Sequence record: SRR31156797_9317
Length of the DNA stretch: 32,823 bases
Direction: 5' to 3' (one strand)
A model generated the notes under the pieces. That model did no database searches and had not been told where the DNA came from. It saw nothing but the letters and a program-made list of their open reading frames with translations. Positions 8,520 through 18,494 of this stretch are shown piece by piece. A program made the position numbers and the translations under genes. The number at the start of each line of letters is the position of its first letter. Position 1 is the stretch's first letter.

Positions 8520-9875
8520 TTATTCTTCTGTAATAATGCCTCCTGTTAGACGGAGCAATTCGGTTTCGGTGTCAATAAGGTCGTAAACGGCTTCGAGCTT
8601 TCTGATGGATGAATTGATATATCTGAGCTGTATATCCCTGAAGTTAAAAGAATTGATGGCCCCGGTTTTGAATTTTTCTTCTGAAATCTGCAGGTTTAAT
8701 CCTGTGCTTTCTTGCGAAGCTTCAGCTACAGCTAATAAATTTTTCCTGATTTCATACAAATCATACTGGGTAATCAACTGATTGGAAAGCGTTTTTGTGA
8801 GCTCAGAAATAGTAATCAAACCTATGTCTTCTTCGATAAGGGCATTTTGAATGGCCCGTTTTGTAGCGCCTCCATTATAAATGTTGAACCCAAGGGTAAA
8901 ATTCACATAATACCCAAACGAATATGTATTACGCGGATCGCTGTCGTTGGTTTTAGTTTTTGAAGTTGAATAATTTCCTCCGGCACCCATATACACATAA
9001 GGATAAACTTCGCTTTCCGCAAGTTTGGTGGTGTTTTCCAAAATCCGCTGATTGATATACTGATTCATGATAGTACGGTTGTTGCCCAGCATCTTTTGCT
9101 TTAACGTGTCGATATTATAATCGTAGGTTTCAACCTGAAAATTATCAGTCAGGACAAACCCGGTTTCCTCATCAAGCGCAAGGAGAAGTTTTAGCAGCAA
9201 TTCAGCATTTTGAAGGTTGAGTTCCTGTTGCAGGTAATTCACTGAATCGCTCAGGTAGGCATCATTAGCCTGTAGTACATCAAAAGTTCCGGCGCTACCA
9301 AATTGTCTTCTGGTATCCTCATATCTGTAACGGTCACGTGAGAGTTCTTTCACTTCATCAAAAACATGCAACTTTTCTGACTGGAGTAATACATTATAGT
9401 AGGCCAGGATTATACTTTGAATGGTATTTTCAATAATCAATGCAGCATTGCCGGCAGTAAGTTCTTCAATGGTTTGCAGGTTTTCCTTGGTGATATTCAC
9501 ACGGAATCCGTCGAAGAGTGTCCAGTTAAGTGCCACTGAAGGGGTGAGATCATAAGCTGTAACTTCATTTCTGATGGGTTCCTGAATAAAAAATTCGGAA
9601 CTGTTAAAAGAATTGGATTGCGAGAGGTTAAAGTCGATGGAGGGGTATCGTCCGGCAGCGCCCTGGGTATTGTTGTTTTGTGCTATTTTAAGCTCCTGTT
9701 CACTGATCCTGATCTGGTAGTTGTTTTCGAGGGCAACAGCAATGGCATCCGACAGCGAGAGCTGAAGCGTGTCCTGGGCAGCTGCAGGTTTTATATTCAG
9801 GATATTTCCAATAAAAATCCCAATTATCAAAAGGGTAACGAATGATTTATTTCGATTCATAGCTGAAGATTTCAT
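8520..9875 (-). CDS. TolC-family outer-membrane efflux protein
   Basis: Signal peptide AAA-Q, LSLSDAIAVALENN, LNWTLFDGF, two helical OEP repeats; alternative start at 9860. Confidence 0.92.
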   Translation of the reverse strand: MKSSAMNRNKSFVTLLIIGIFIGNILNIKPAAAQDTLQLSLSDAIAVALENNYQIRISEQELKIAQNNNTQGAAGRYPSIDFNLSQSNSFNSSEFFIQEPIRNEVTAYDLTPSVALNWTLFDGFRVNITKENLQTIEELTAGNAALIIENTIQSIILAYYNVLLQSEKLHVFDEVKELSRDRYRYEDTRRQFGSAGTFDVLQANDAYLSDSVNYLQQELNLQNAELLLKLLLALDEETGFVLTDNFQVETYDYNIDTLKQKMLGNNRTIMNQYINQRILENTTKLAESEVYPYVYMGAGGNYSTSKTKTNDSDPRNTYSFGYYVNFTLGFNIYNGGATKRAIQNALIEEDIGLITISELTKTLSNQLITQYDLYEIRKNLLAVAEASQESTGLNLQISEEKFKTGAINSFNFRDIQLRYINSSIRKLEAVYDLIDTETELLRLTGGIITEE

Positions 9876-9893
9876 AATTAGTTTCCTATTTTA

Positions 9894-12800
9894 CTAATCC
9901 AGAGAAACTTTCATTTGTTTTGTAGCTGGTTCAACTTCCTCACGAGTTGGTTTTTCGATTTTCTTTTTAGGCCAGGTGCCATCGTTAAACCCAACAATTA
10001 CCCGCCATGCTTTTACGATAAAAACGCGAAAGTCATTTAAAACGATAATCAACACAGGGAATAACAATAAAATAAAACCCGTTCCGAAAAGTACGCCATA
10101 TGCAAGGGTTACGGCCATTGGTTTTAGGAATTGCGCCTGAAAGCTTCCCTCAAGGATGATCGGATACAATCCGACCGTTGTGGTGATGGTGGTGAGCAGG
10201 ATGGGCCTGAAACGGGCAATACCTGCACGATAAGCGGCATTTGCCACAGCATACCCCTCCTTGATCAGACTGTTATATTTTGCAAGGAAAACAATGGCAT
10301 CGTTAATAATTACGCCCGAGAGCGCCACCATACCCCAGGCACTCAGCATAGATACAGGAATACCCTCAATACCATGCCCCCAGGTTGCACCCATCCAGGC
10401 CATCGGGATCATCAGCAAAACAATAAATGCCTGAAGTACAGACCGGAAGTGCATCATGATCAGTGCCATGATTATGATAAAGGCGATGATATATGCCGAC
10501 ATCAAATCGTCCATCGATTCCTGGCTGTCGCGGCTTTGCCCCTGAAAATCAACTTCCACACCAGCATAATTTGCATGTATTTCGGGAACGATCTCATTGG
10601 AAACCCGCTCCAGAATTGGAGGCACAGGTTCGTATGGGTCAACCAGTTCGGCTTCTATCCTGATTTCTTTCAGGCCGTTGTAACGGTAAATATTCACCGG
10701 GCCACGCCGAATCTCATAGCTGGCAAGCTCTTTCAATGGGTACTCACCCATTTGGGTTTTAATTTTCATTTCTTCGAGTTGTCCGATGTTGATGCGATCC
10801 TCCTGGGGATATCTTACCCAAACGCGCACTTCGTCCTTGCCAACCTGGAGTCGTTGTGCCTGTCCGCCGAAAAACCCGTTCCGCACCTGGTTGGCAATAT
10901 CGGATCTGTTCAATCCCATAAAATATGCTTTTGGCTTCAGTTCGAGCTGTATTTCACGTTTGCCAATTGCATTGTTGTCCACAATGTCCCGGAGTTCCGG
11001 AAAAGTCTCCAGTCGTCCGATCATTATTTCCTTGGCTTTTTCAAGCTGGTCGAGGTTTTTACCCAGGAGGCTCACCGATACTGGTGTTCCAAAAGTGTTT
11101 CGTCCACCCACAACAAACTTCTCCGCCTCATCGATGGGGCCAATTTTTTCCCGCACACGGTTCACAATTTCAAAACTTGAAACCGGGGCACCTTCCATAT
11201 TACGCAGCAAAACGAAGATGTTACCGGAGTGTGCGCCAACTTCCCTGCCGTCAAATGCGTTCCCGAGTGAGAGGAAAGTGTAGTCGATGTAGTTTACAGT
11301 ATCGTTGAATTCTTCTTTCAGGTCCTCGTTTACTTCCCATATATTATCCTCAAAACGGGTGAGGTATTCATACGTTTTTTGTTCTCCTGTTCCGGGAGTA
11401 AATGCGAGGTTTACGTTAAACTGATCGAATGGGATGGACGGAAAGAATGTTGCCTGGATAAATCCTCCACCAAACAAACCAAAAGTAATCAGGATCAGTG
11501 AAACCGGCGTTAGCACCATCACCCACTTCCACCGGATCACAAACCGCATCACCCTGCCATAAACCTTATCCCGCAGGAACTTAATGCCATTATCCATTTT
11601 TCGGCGAACCACATTCTGACCACCTTCGCGATCTTTAATTTTAAGTACATGCTTACTCGACAGGTGGGCGGGAAGCACAAAAAATGCTTCAACAAGTGAA
11701 ACTGCAAGACTTATGATGACTACCCAGCCAACGTCGTAGCTAAATTCCATGTTTCCGGATAAGAAAAGCAAAGGTGAAAATGCTACAATGGTTGTGGTTA
11801 CGGAAGTCATTACCGCAGGCAACACTTCCATGGTGCCATCCAGGGCGGCCCGTTTCGGGCTTTTACCCGACTCGAAATGTGAATATATATTTTCGGCGAT
11901 CACAATTCCGTCATCCACCAAAATACCAATTACCAGGATCATCCCGAACAGCGAGATCATATTGATGGTGAGGCCATAAATCAATCCGAGAATGAACATG
12001 CCGAAAAAGGAGGCGGGAATACCAAATGCTACCCAGAAAGAAAGACGCAGGTTAAGAAACAGCCCAAGCGCAATGAGTACAAGCAATAAACCAATGCCCC
12101 CGTTTTTATAAAGCAATTCCAAACGGCTGTTGAGTAGCTCCAGGAAATCGTAGGTGATGATGAGCTCCATGTTCTCATGCTGGTCGTTGAAGTCTTCTCT
12201 GTATTCACTGAGAAAGTTTGAAATGGCTGCCAGGTCTTCTTCGGGAAGCTTCATAACGTTGACCGAAACGGATTGCTGTCCGTTCATCATGCTCGACATG
12301 GGGGTTTCAGAAAATTTCAGTTTTATATTGGCCACATCCCTCAATTGGAGTTTACTTCCGTCTTCATTGGCTCGTATTACGATTTCACCAATGGTTGAGG
12401 GTTCAGTAGACCGGTGTCGTGAACGGATCAGGATTTCCTCATTGCTCGATCGGATAATCCCGGCGGAAATATCACGGTTATTGGCACTTATGGCCCTGGC
12501 AATTTGATCGAAGGTGAGGTTGTATCTTAGGAGATCTTCTTCAGAAATCTCAACTGAAATTTCCAATTCAGGAAATCCATTGATGGTTATCTGCGACATA
12601 ACACCCGAAACCAGCAGGTCGTCTTCAATTTCCTGTGCTGTGGCTTTTAGTGTTTGCAAATCTACCTGTCCGGTGAGCCCCATGAATGCAGCCATGGTTG
12701 TTGAGCGCTGTTTGGCAACAATAGGCCGCTCAGCATCCACGGGGAAGGCGCTGATCCCGTCTACCGAGTTTTTCACATCTGCCAAAACCTCATCAATATC

Positions 12801-13100
12801 AAATTTACCATCGGTTTCAATGGTTACCATCGACATGTTTTCTGATGAAGTAGATGTAATTCTTTTCAGTCCAACCAGGCTTCTTACGGCTTCTTCAACC
12901 CGTGAGGTGATGCCTTCTTCCATCTCCTTGGGCGAGGCCCCAGGATAGAAAACACTGATATTGATAAATCTTTCAGAGCTCTCAGGAAAGAATGATTTTT
13001 TGAGATTGAAAAATGAATATATACCTCCGATGATCAGCAGGGCAATGATCATGTTGGCATAGAATGGGCTGCGTATAAATGCTCCTACAATTTTTCTCAT
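9894..13100 (-). CDS. RND efflux permease (AcrB/AcrD/AcrF family)
   Basis: 1068 aa; YPGASP, GILVDDGIVIAEN, RFRPILLTTITT motifs. Confidence 0.95.
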   Translation of the reverse strand: MRKIVGAFIRSPFYANMIIALLIIGGIYSFFNLKKSFFPESSERFINISVFYPGASPKEMEEGITSRVEEAVRSLVGLKRITSTSSENMSMVTIETDGKFDIDEVLADVKNSVDGISAFPVDAERPIVAKQRSTTMAAFMGLTGQVDLQTLKATAQEIEDDLLVSGVMSQITINGFPELEISVEISEEDLLRYNLTFDQIARAISANNRDISAGIIRSSNEEILIRSRHRSTEPSTIGEIVIRANEDGSKLQLRDVANIKLKFSETPMSSMMNGQQSVSVNVMKLPEEDLAAISNFLSEYREDFNDQHENMELIITYDFLELLNSRLELLYKNGGIGLLLVLIALGLFLNLRLSFWVAFGIPASFFGMFILGLIYGLTINMISLFGMILVIGILVDDGIVIAENIYSHFESGKSPKRAALDGTMEVLPAVMTSVTTTIVAFSPLLFLSGNMEFSYDVGWVVIISLAVSLVEAFFVLPAHLSSKHVLKIKDREGGQNVVRRKMDNGIKFLRDKVYGRVMRFVIRWKWVMVLTPVSLILITFGLFGGGFIQATFFPSIPFDQFNVNLAFTPGTGEQKTYEYLTRFEDNIWEVNEDLKEEFNDTVNYIDYTFLSLGNAFDGREVGAHSGNIFVLLRNMEGAPVSSFEIVNRVREKIGPIDEAEKFVVGGRNTFGTPVSVSLLGKNLDQLEKAKEIMIGRLETFPELRDIVDNNAIGKREIQLELKPKAYFMGLNRSDIANQVRNGFFGGQAQRLQVGKDEVRVWVRYPQEDRINIGQLEEMKIKTQMGEYPLKELASYEIRRGPVNIYRYNGLKEIRIEAELVDPYEPVPPILERVSNEIVPEIHANYAGVEVDFQGQSRDSQESMDDLMSAYIIAFIIIMALIMMHFRSVLQAFIVLLMIPMAWMGATWGHGIEGIPVSMLSAWGMVALSGVIINDAIVFLAKYNSLIKEGYAVANAAYRAGIARFRPILLTTITTTVGLYPIILEGSFQAQFLKPMAVTLAYGVLFGTGFILLLFPVLIIVLNDFRVFIVKAWRVIVGFNDGTWPKKKIEKPTREEVEPATKQMKVSLD

Positions 13101-13135
13101 AAAAGATTTATTTCTGGGTGCTGGAATTGGGTGAT

Positions 13136-14263
13136 TTAAATCCTGGAGGTTGATACAACAGTGCCTTCTTTAACATTGATGAGCGGCTCAACAACAATTT
13201 CAAGCCCCTCCTCAAGTCCGTTAAATATCAAGGTGTTGTTGTTGATCTTTTGTATCCTGATGGATTGTTTACGGAGTGCATTGTCCTGCACAATAAAAAT
13301 TTCATTTTGATTAAAAACAGCCTTACGAGGTATTTCCATGGCATTGTCAATCTTCTTTTCATCAAACCGGGCAATTAAAAACATGCCTGCGTAAATTGGA
13401 TTTTCAGTATTGTTTTTGATGGTAACAAAAACATTGGCCGATTGTGTGTCAGGATCGATAAACTGGCTTATTCTTGCAACAGTGCCTTTCCAGGTTTGAG
13501 TCCGGGCTTCATTTAAAACATCTACCTTATCACCGATATTGACCCACTGGAGATCGTCAACTTCCACCGGTACTTCAAGTTCAAGTACATCGGTTTTAAT
13601 AACCTTTGCTATTCGCGTTCCCATATTTGCAATACCACCTGCCTCCAGGTAAACCTCCATAATTGAACCATCAAACGGAGCCCTGATGTAATGCTTGGCA
13701 AGCCTTTCCTCCATGCCTTTTATATTGTAATACTGATTGAGGATGTCCCTGCTTGCCAGGAAAATCTTGAGAGACTTGTCCTCAATCTCCGGAATTTCAG
13801 GAATGGGATCATTAATTTTGATGCTTTCGAAAAAAGCAACCATATCATCATACCTTTCAGGGTAGTCGAATTTAATATCGGCAAGTGCGCTGGCCAGGCT
13901 GTTTAAAAACCTGCTTTTGCTCGCCTTGATGCTAAGGATTTGTTCAGTATCATAAATCTTGCAAATCATCTGGCCTTTTCTGAAGTTTTCACCAACTTTG
14001 AGGGTTATGTCGCCGGATAAAATTTCTCCCTGTACTTCTGAAATCACGTCAACTACTCTGCCTGAGGCAAGCCTCCCGGGTATTTCAATGGCTGATTTCA
14101 CCGTTTCATATTCTACAATCCTGGTTTGTACAAGCCTTGGATTTTTCTTTGGGACCGCGACTTCGGGATTTTCTTTTTGTTCCGACAGCCATCCGCTCGC
14201 CAAAAATGCCCCACCAAGAACGATGATGGCAGCAACCAGGGTAATAATGCCCTTAAATTTCAT
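13136..14263 (-). CDS. RND periplasmic adaptor (membrane fusion protein)
   Basis: N-terminal anchor, SEVQGEI and IRAPFDG lipoyl-like motifs, IPRKAV; directly upstream of the RND and TolC genes. Confidence 0.92.
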   Translation of the reverse strand: MKFKGIITLVAAIIVLGGAFLASGWLSEQKENPEVAVPKKNPRLVQTRIVEYETVKSAIEIPGRLASGRVVDVISEVQGEILSGDITLKVGENFRKGQMICKIYDTEQILSIKASKSRFLNSLASALADIKFDYPERYDDMVAFFESIKINDPIPEIPEIEDKSLKIFLASRDILNQYYNIKGMEERLAKHYIRAPFDGSIMEVYLEAGGIANMGTRIAKVIKTDVLELEVPVEVDDLQWVNIGDKVDVLNEARTQTWKGTVARISQFIDPDTQSANVFVTIKNNTENPIYAGMFLIARFDEKKIDNAMEIPRKAVFNQNEIFIVQDNALRKQSIRIQKINNNTLIFNGLEEGLEIVVEPLINVKEGTVVSTSRI

Positions 14264-14452
14264 GATGCTCTATGATTTGATTGTGATAAACTTATAAAGA
14301 AAGTTATTCATTTTGAATTACTATGCCGACAAAATTAGACTATTGTAACCTTAGCCTGATGGTTTTGTTTTTTTTAACGTTTACATTTTTCTACATACAC
14401 AGGTTTTATAAAATATTGTTTCCGGTTGCATGATTTTATATTTCAAAAAAGC

Positions 14453-14481
14453 AAAAAACCGCACCGGAAACCCGGCGCGGT
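14453..14481 (-). terminator. Intrinsic terminator after the ABC permease
   Basis: Minus strand ACCGCGCCGG-GTTT-CCGGTGCGGT followed by a T run. Confidence 0.75.
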
Positions 14482-14511
14482 CATGATCAATTGCTTATAG
14501 TTAATAGGATA

Positions 14512-16938
14512 TTATTCATATTTTATGGCATCAACAGGATTACCGAGCCCTGCTTTTACAGTATGGAAACTTATGGTTGCCATACTGATCAACAGTGCGG
14601 CGATACCTGCCAGCACCACGGATGCTACCGATATATTGATGTGGTAAACAAAACTCGTGTCGAGCCAGTTACTCAGCTGCCAAACGGCTACCGGAATAGC
14701 AATGATAAATGCGATGATGATGAGGACAACAAATTCTTTGTACAAAATTCCCAGGATATTGCCAATAGAAGCGCCCATAACTTTTCTTATGCCGATTTCC
14801 TTTGTTTTTTGTTCAGCAATAAACGATGATAATCCAAGCAATCCGAGTAAGGCAATGAAAATAGTGAGCAATGTGGCAATGGTAAAGATCACACCAAGCT
14901 TTTGTTCGCCTTCGTACATACTTCCCCAGGTGTCTTCGAGCATCCGGTAATCGAAAGGCCGTTTCGCACCCAGCTCATTCCACCTATCTTCGACGTATTG
15001 CATGGTTTCGCCAAAATTGTTTGGATTGATCTTTAGCGATAAATAGAACTTATTAAAATCCGCCATGAACAGCATAATCGGTTCAACTTTGTTATGCAAC
15101 GAATTGAAGTGGAAATCTTTTACCACGCCAATAACCTTCAATGTTCGGCCACCATTGCCTTCAAGATCAAAACCCCACCTGATTTTTTTCCCCAGCGGGT
15201 TGTCCTCCCAGCCATATTGCTTCACTGTGGTTTCGTTCACTATCACCGCTTCTTCGGCATCGGTGCCCATGTTCCGGTCAAAATTTCTTCCCTGTAAAAT
15301 CTCAAGCTCGTAGGTATCGATATAGTCATAATCCACAAGTGTGAGGATCATGGCGTCATCAATCATGGCCGTATCTTTTTCCATTTTCACCACTTGTATC
15401 CAGGAGTTATCGCCCGGTATTCCGGTTGAGTTTGCTACTGCCTGGATGTTTGAATTTTTAAGCAGCTCTTTTTTGTAGGTTTCCACTTTGCTACGGAATG
15501 TACTGTCTTGTAGTTCCAAAATCACCATGTGGTCTTTTTTGAAACCCATATCTTTATTCTTGAGGAAATTCAGCTGGTTGGTCACCACAATAGTCCCAAT
15601 GATCATGGCGATGGCGATGGCAAATTGAAATACCACCAGGACTTTTCTGAGTGTACCACCTTTTCGGCCTTTGCCGCGACCGGAACCTTTTAGCACGGTT
15701 ACCGGTTTAAATGAAGATAAATAAAACGCGGGGTAGCTCCCTGACAGCAGTCCAATAATCAGCGTTGTTGTGATAATTGCAATGAGAAATCCGGGGTTGG
15801 TGAAGATTTCGAAATCAATCTCCTTACCCGAGAGGTTGTTAAAATCGGGGAGAAGCAAATATACCAGGCCAACGCCAAGGATCAGGCCAATTATAGCCAG
15901 TAAAACAGATTCTGATAAAAACTGGGTAACCAGTTGTTTTTTGAATGCACCCGCAACTTTCCTGATACCAACTTCTCTGGCCCTTTTGGCCGAACGTGCT
16001 GTAGCCATATTCATATAGTTGATGGCTGCAATGAGCAGGATAAAAAGCGCAACGGCACTGAAAATAAAGATGTATGCCTTGTTTCCTTTCGGGAGGTCTG
16101 CCGAAAGATTGCCTGAAAAATGGGTATCAGTTAGCGGTGTAGACATTAAATCGAAGCTGGCATTAAATGAATCACCAACAGCCTTCATATACTTATCGTA
16201 AAACCCACCGAATTTATCGTGGATGGCCTGTATTTCCGCATTTTCCCTGATCAGCAAAAAAGTGAAAACACCGATGTTCCAAAACCGTCCGGGTTCCATG
16301 CTGTTGAACTCCTCCTCGCCAACGATACTTGCCAGCGTCGTTCCTGAAAGAAGTCCATCAAACCATAAATGCGAATTTTCAGGTACGTCTTCCATAACAC
16401 CGGTAATCTTGTATTGCCTTCCGCTTCCTGACTCAATCAGTTCACCAAGTGGATTTTCATCGCCAAAATATTTTTTGCTGGCGGTTTCGCTTATAACCAT
16501 CGAAAAAGGCTCTATAAGACAGGTGGATGGGTCTCCCAGTGTGAGATTATAGGTGAAAATGTCGAAAAGTGTTGAGTCGACAAAATAGAAATTTTGCTCA
16601 TAAAATTCCTTGTCACCATATTTGAATAGTGAATTACCCACATCATTAAACCTGCAAAATTCCTCAATTTCAGGATATTCCAGTTTTAAAGCCGGACCCA
16701 TGGGTACGGGAACAATGGCAAACTGATCGTGTTTGCCGGAAATGTTAAAATTCGATTCAATCCGGTAAATTCTGTCAGCTTTATCGTGGTACCTGTCGAA
16801 CGAAATTTCACTTCGTACATACATGAAAATGAAAATGAAAGCTGCAAAACCTATGGCCAGACCCAAAATGTTGAGGATGGAATAAAATCTGCTTTTAACG
16901 ATGCCACGTATGGCAATTTTAATGTAATTTCCCAGCAT
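14512..16938 (-). CDS. MacB/FtsX-like ABC transporter permease (tandem duplicated type)
   Basis: NILGLAIG, INYMNMATARS..RAREVGIRKV, KEIGIRKVMGAS, NPVDAIKYE. Confidence 0.93.
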   Translation of the reverse strand: MLGNYIKIAIRGIVKSRFYSILNILGLAIGFAAFIFIFMYVRSEISFDRYHDKADRIYRIESNFNISGKHDQFAIVPVPMGPALKLEYPEIEEFCRFNDVGNSLFKYGDKEFYEQNFYFVDSTLFDIFTYNLTLGDPSTCLIEPFSMVISETASKKYFGDENPLGELIESGSGRQYKITGVMEDVPENSHLWFDGLLSGTTLASIVGEEEFNSMEPGRFWNIGVFTFLLIRENAEIQAIHDKFGGFYDKYMKAVGDSFNASFDLMSTPLTDTHFSGNLSADLPKGNKAYIFIFSAVALFILLIAAINYMNMATARSAKRAREVGIRKVAGAFKKQLVTQFLSESVLLAIIGLILGVGLVYLLLPDFNNLSGKEIDFEIFTNPGFLIAIITTTLIIGLLSGSYPAFYLSSFKPVTVLKGSGRGKGRKGGTLRKVLVVFQFAIAIAMIIGTIVVTNQLNFLKNKDMGFKKDHMVILELQDSTFRSKVETYKKELLKNSNIQAVANSTGIPGDNSWIQVVKMEKDTAMIDDAMILTLVDYDYIDTYELEILQGRNFDRNMGTDAEEAVIVNETTVKQYGWEDNPLGKKIRWGFDLEGNGGRTLKVIGVVKDFHFNSLHNKVEPIMLFMADFNKFYLSLKINPNNFGETMQYVEDRWNELGAKRPFDYRMLEDTWGSMYEGEQKLGVIFTIATLLTIFIALLGLLGLSSFIAEQKTKEIGIRKVMGASIGNILGILYKEFVVLIIIAFIIAIPVAVWQLSNWLDTSFVYHINISVASVVLAGIAALLISMATISFHTVKAGLGNPVDAIKYE

Positions 16939-17081
16939 AACCTATAAGTATTAAATTGGAATGGAAACCATTCAACAAACACGTAAGTGTTTCAGAAGCA
17001 ATCAGGGATGCCAGTTTAGTGTTGTCTGAAAAGCGGCCCTGAATAATCCGACCCGGAGGATGTTCGATTTAAAATATGGAT

Positions 17082-17771
17082 TTACAGTGCAAACTGTTCC
17101 TTTATGTTTTCGGTAACCACCTGGCCATCAAACAGGCGAACTATGCGATGGCTGTATTCCGCATCTCTTTGGGAGTGCGTTACCATTACGATTGTAGTTC
17201 CGTTTTTGTTGAGTTGCTCCAGGAGGTTCATCACTTCTTCACCATGGGCCGAATCGAGATTACCTGTTGGCTCATCCGCAAGAATTAGTTTTGGATTGGC
17301 TACAACTGCACGTGCCACGGCAACCCTTTGTTGCTGGCCACCTGAAAGCTGGAGCGGAAAGTGCTTTTTACGATGAATGATCTGCATTTGCTCAAGGGCA
17401 GCTTCTACCTTGGCTTTACGCTCACTTGCTTTATAACCGAGGTAAATGAGCGGCAACTCCACATTTTCGAACACATTTAGTTCATCAATCAGGTTAAAAT
17501 TCTGAAAAACAAAACCGATATTGTGTTTTCTGAGCGATGCGCGTTGCTTTTCCGAATGGTCGGATACCTCTTTATCCAGGAAAAAATATTCTCCCTCTGT
17601 AGGATTATCAAGCAACCCAAGAATGTTGAGCAATGTTGATTTACCACAACCAGAAGGGCCCATTACGGCAACAAATTCTCCTTCTTTCACTTCAAACGAA
17701 ACTTTGTTTAATGCTGTGGTTTCCACCTCGTCGGTTCTAAAAACCTTTGTTAAATCTACGGTCTTAATCAT
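17082..17771 (-). CDS. ABC transporter ATP-binding protein (MacB/LolD-like)
   Basis: Walker [10 protein letters not shown], signature LSGGQ, Walker [15 protein letters not shown] switch. Confidence 0.96.
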   Translation of the reverse strand: MIKTVDLTKVFRTDEVETTALNKVSFEVKEGEFVAVMGPSGCGKSTLLNILGLLDNPTEGEYFFLDKEVSDHSEKQRASLRKHNIGFVFQNFNLIDELNVFENVELPLIYLGYKASERKAKVEAALEQMQIIHRKKHFPLQLSGGQQQRVAVARAVVANPKLILADEPTGNLDSAHGEEVMNLLEQLNKNGTTIVMVTHSQRDAEYSHRIVRLFDGQVVTENIKEQFAL

Positions 17772-17800
17772 ATGTTATTTATTTGGTTGATCTTCTTTTT

Positions 17801-17826
17801 GACGTGTTGCGCCAAAAAAGGTTACA
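17801..17826 (-). promoter_or_regulatory. Putative ECF-sigma promoter upstream of the ABC ATPase
   Basis: Minus strand TGTAAC-N16-CGTC, about 30 bp upstream of the ATG at 17771. Confidence 0.5.
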
Positions 17827-17831
17827 TGTAT

Positions 17832-18089
17832 TTATCGGTTAAAAATCTCCATAAATAGCCGAAGATCTTCAATTTCATTATCCTCCAAATCTTCGATCAG
17901 TTTGCCCTGTATCGCACCCTCAATAGCCAGCAGCATTTCAAAACAAGCACTTGAGTCGTCTGTTTTAATTTTCACAAAAGTGTGCCTGCTTCCCTTCTCT
18001 CTGAGCATTTCAGGAGTAGAAATCCCCGCGTTAATCAGCTTGGATTCCAACTCGCTGTCGATGTTTGGTAAATGAATCAGTTTGCTCAT
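17832..18089 (-). CDS. TfoX/Sxy C-terminal-domain protein
   Basis: LPNI...E.KL..AGI.TPE.L...GS and L.AIEGAIQG match the TfoX_C pattern; 85 aa. Confidence 0.8.
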   Translation of the reverse strand: MSKLIHLPNIDSELESKLINAGISTPEMLREKGSRHTFVKIKTDDSSACFEMLLAIEGAIQGKLIEDLEDNEIEDLRLFMEIFNR

Positions 18090-18127
18090 CGAAATTAAAG
18101 GTGGATTTGATTATCGATCATTGGTTT

Positions 18128-18243
18128 TCATGAACTATGCCAAAGTTTAATACATTTTGATTATCAATGATATACAAAGTGTATAAACAATTCTTCATTT
18201 TAAAGTGTACGATTTTCAGGTAGGTTTTGTTCGGTTGTGGACA
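18128..18243 (-). promoter_or_regulatory. Sigma54-type -24/-12 promoter with tandem upstream activator boxes (copy 1)
   Basis: Minus TTGGCATAGTTCATGA (18143-18128); boxes TGTACGATTTTCAGGT (18206-18221) and TGTTCGGTTGTGGACA (18228-18243). Confidence 0.7.
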
Positions 18244-18450
18244 AATGCTGAAGGCATAAATTCAACTTGATGATTACTCAATCTTAATTATGGGGCGAGA
18301 TGCTGTTTAAAGGCATAATTTTACCAGGGTGAATCGTTATCAGGAACCGCTTATTCATTTCCCAGAGGAAAGGTCTTTTTTGCTAATCACAATTGTAATC
18401 TATATTGCATCTCCAATCACTGCATTATGAGAATTAGCTAGAAATTTGTC

Positions 18451-18458
18451 TATATTTG
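18451..18458 (+). promoter_or_regulatory. Bacteroidota housekeeping promoter -7 element for the signalling cassette
   Basis: TATATTTG; overlaps the ORF-track TTG start, implying a downstream true start. Confidence 0.6.
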
Positions 18459-18494
18459 CACATGGCAGTGCATTTTCCTCTTCCACTTAAAAAC

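Noticed and set aside
10131-11180. 349-aa plus-strand ORF
   Set aside because: Entirely antisense to the RND permease with no recognisable motifs; a shadow ORF
14315-14330. Possible fourth sigma54-like site (CGGCATAG) upstream of the RND operon
   Set aside because: Lacks TTGG, the -12 ATGA and the tandem TGT boxes seen in the three accepted copies
18245-18450. Leader region of the signalling cassette as a possible riboswitch or operator array
   Set aside because: No convincing repeat, palindrome or aptamer consensus found by eye
18456-18494. TTG start and N-terminal extension of the hybrid kinase
   Set aside because: The TTG overlaps a TATATTTG promoter element; the ATG at 18495 has a better A-rich context
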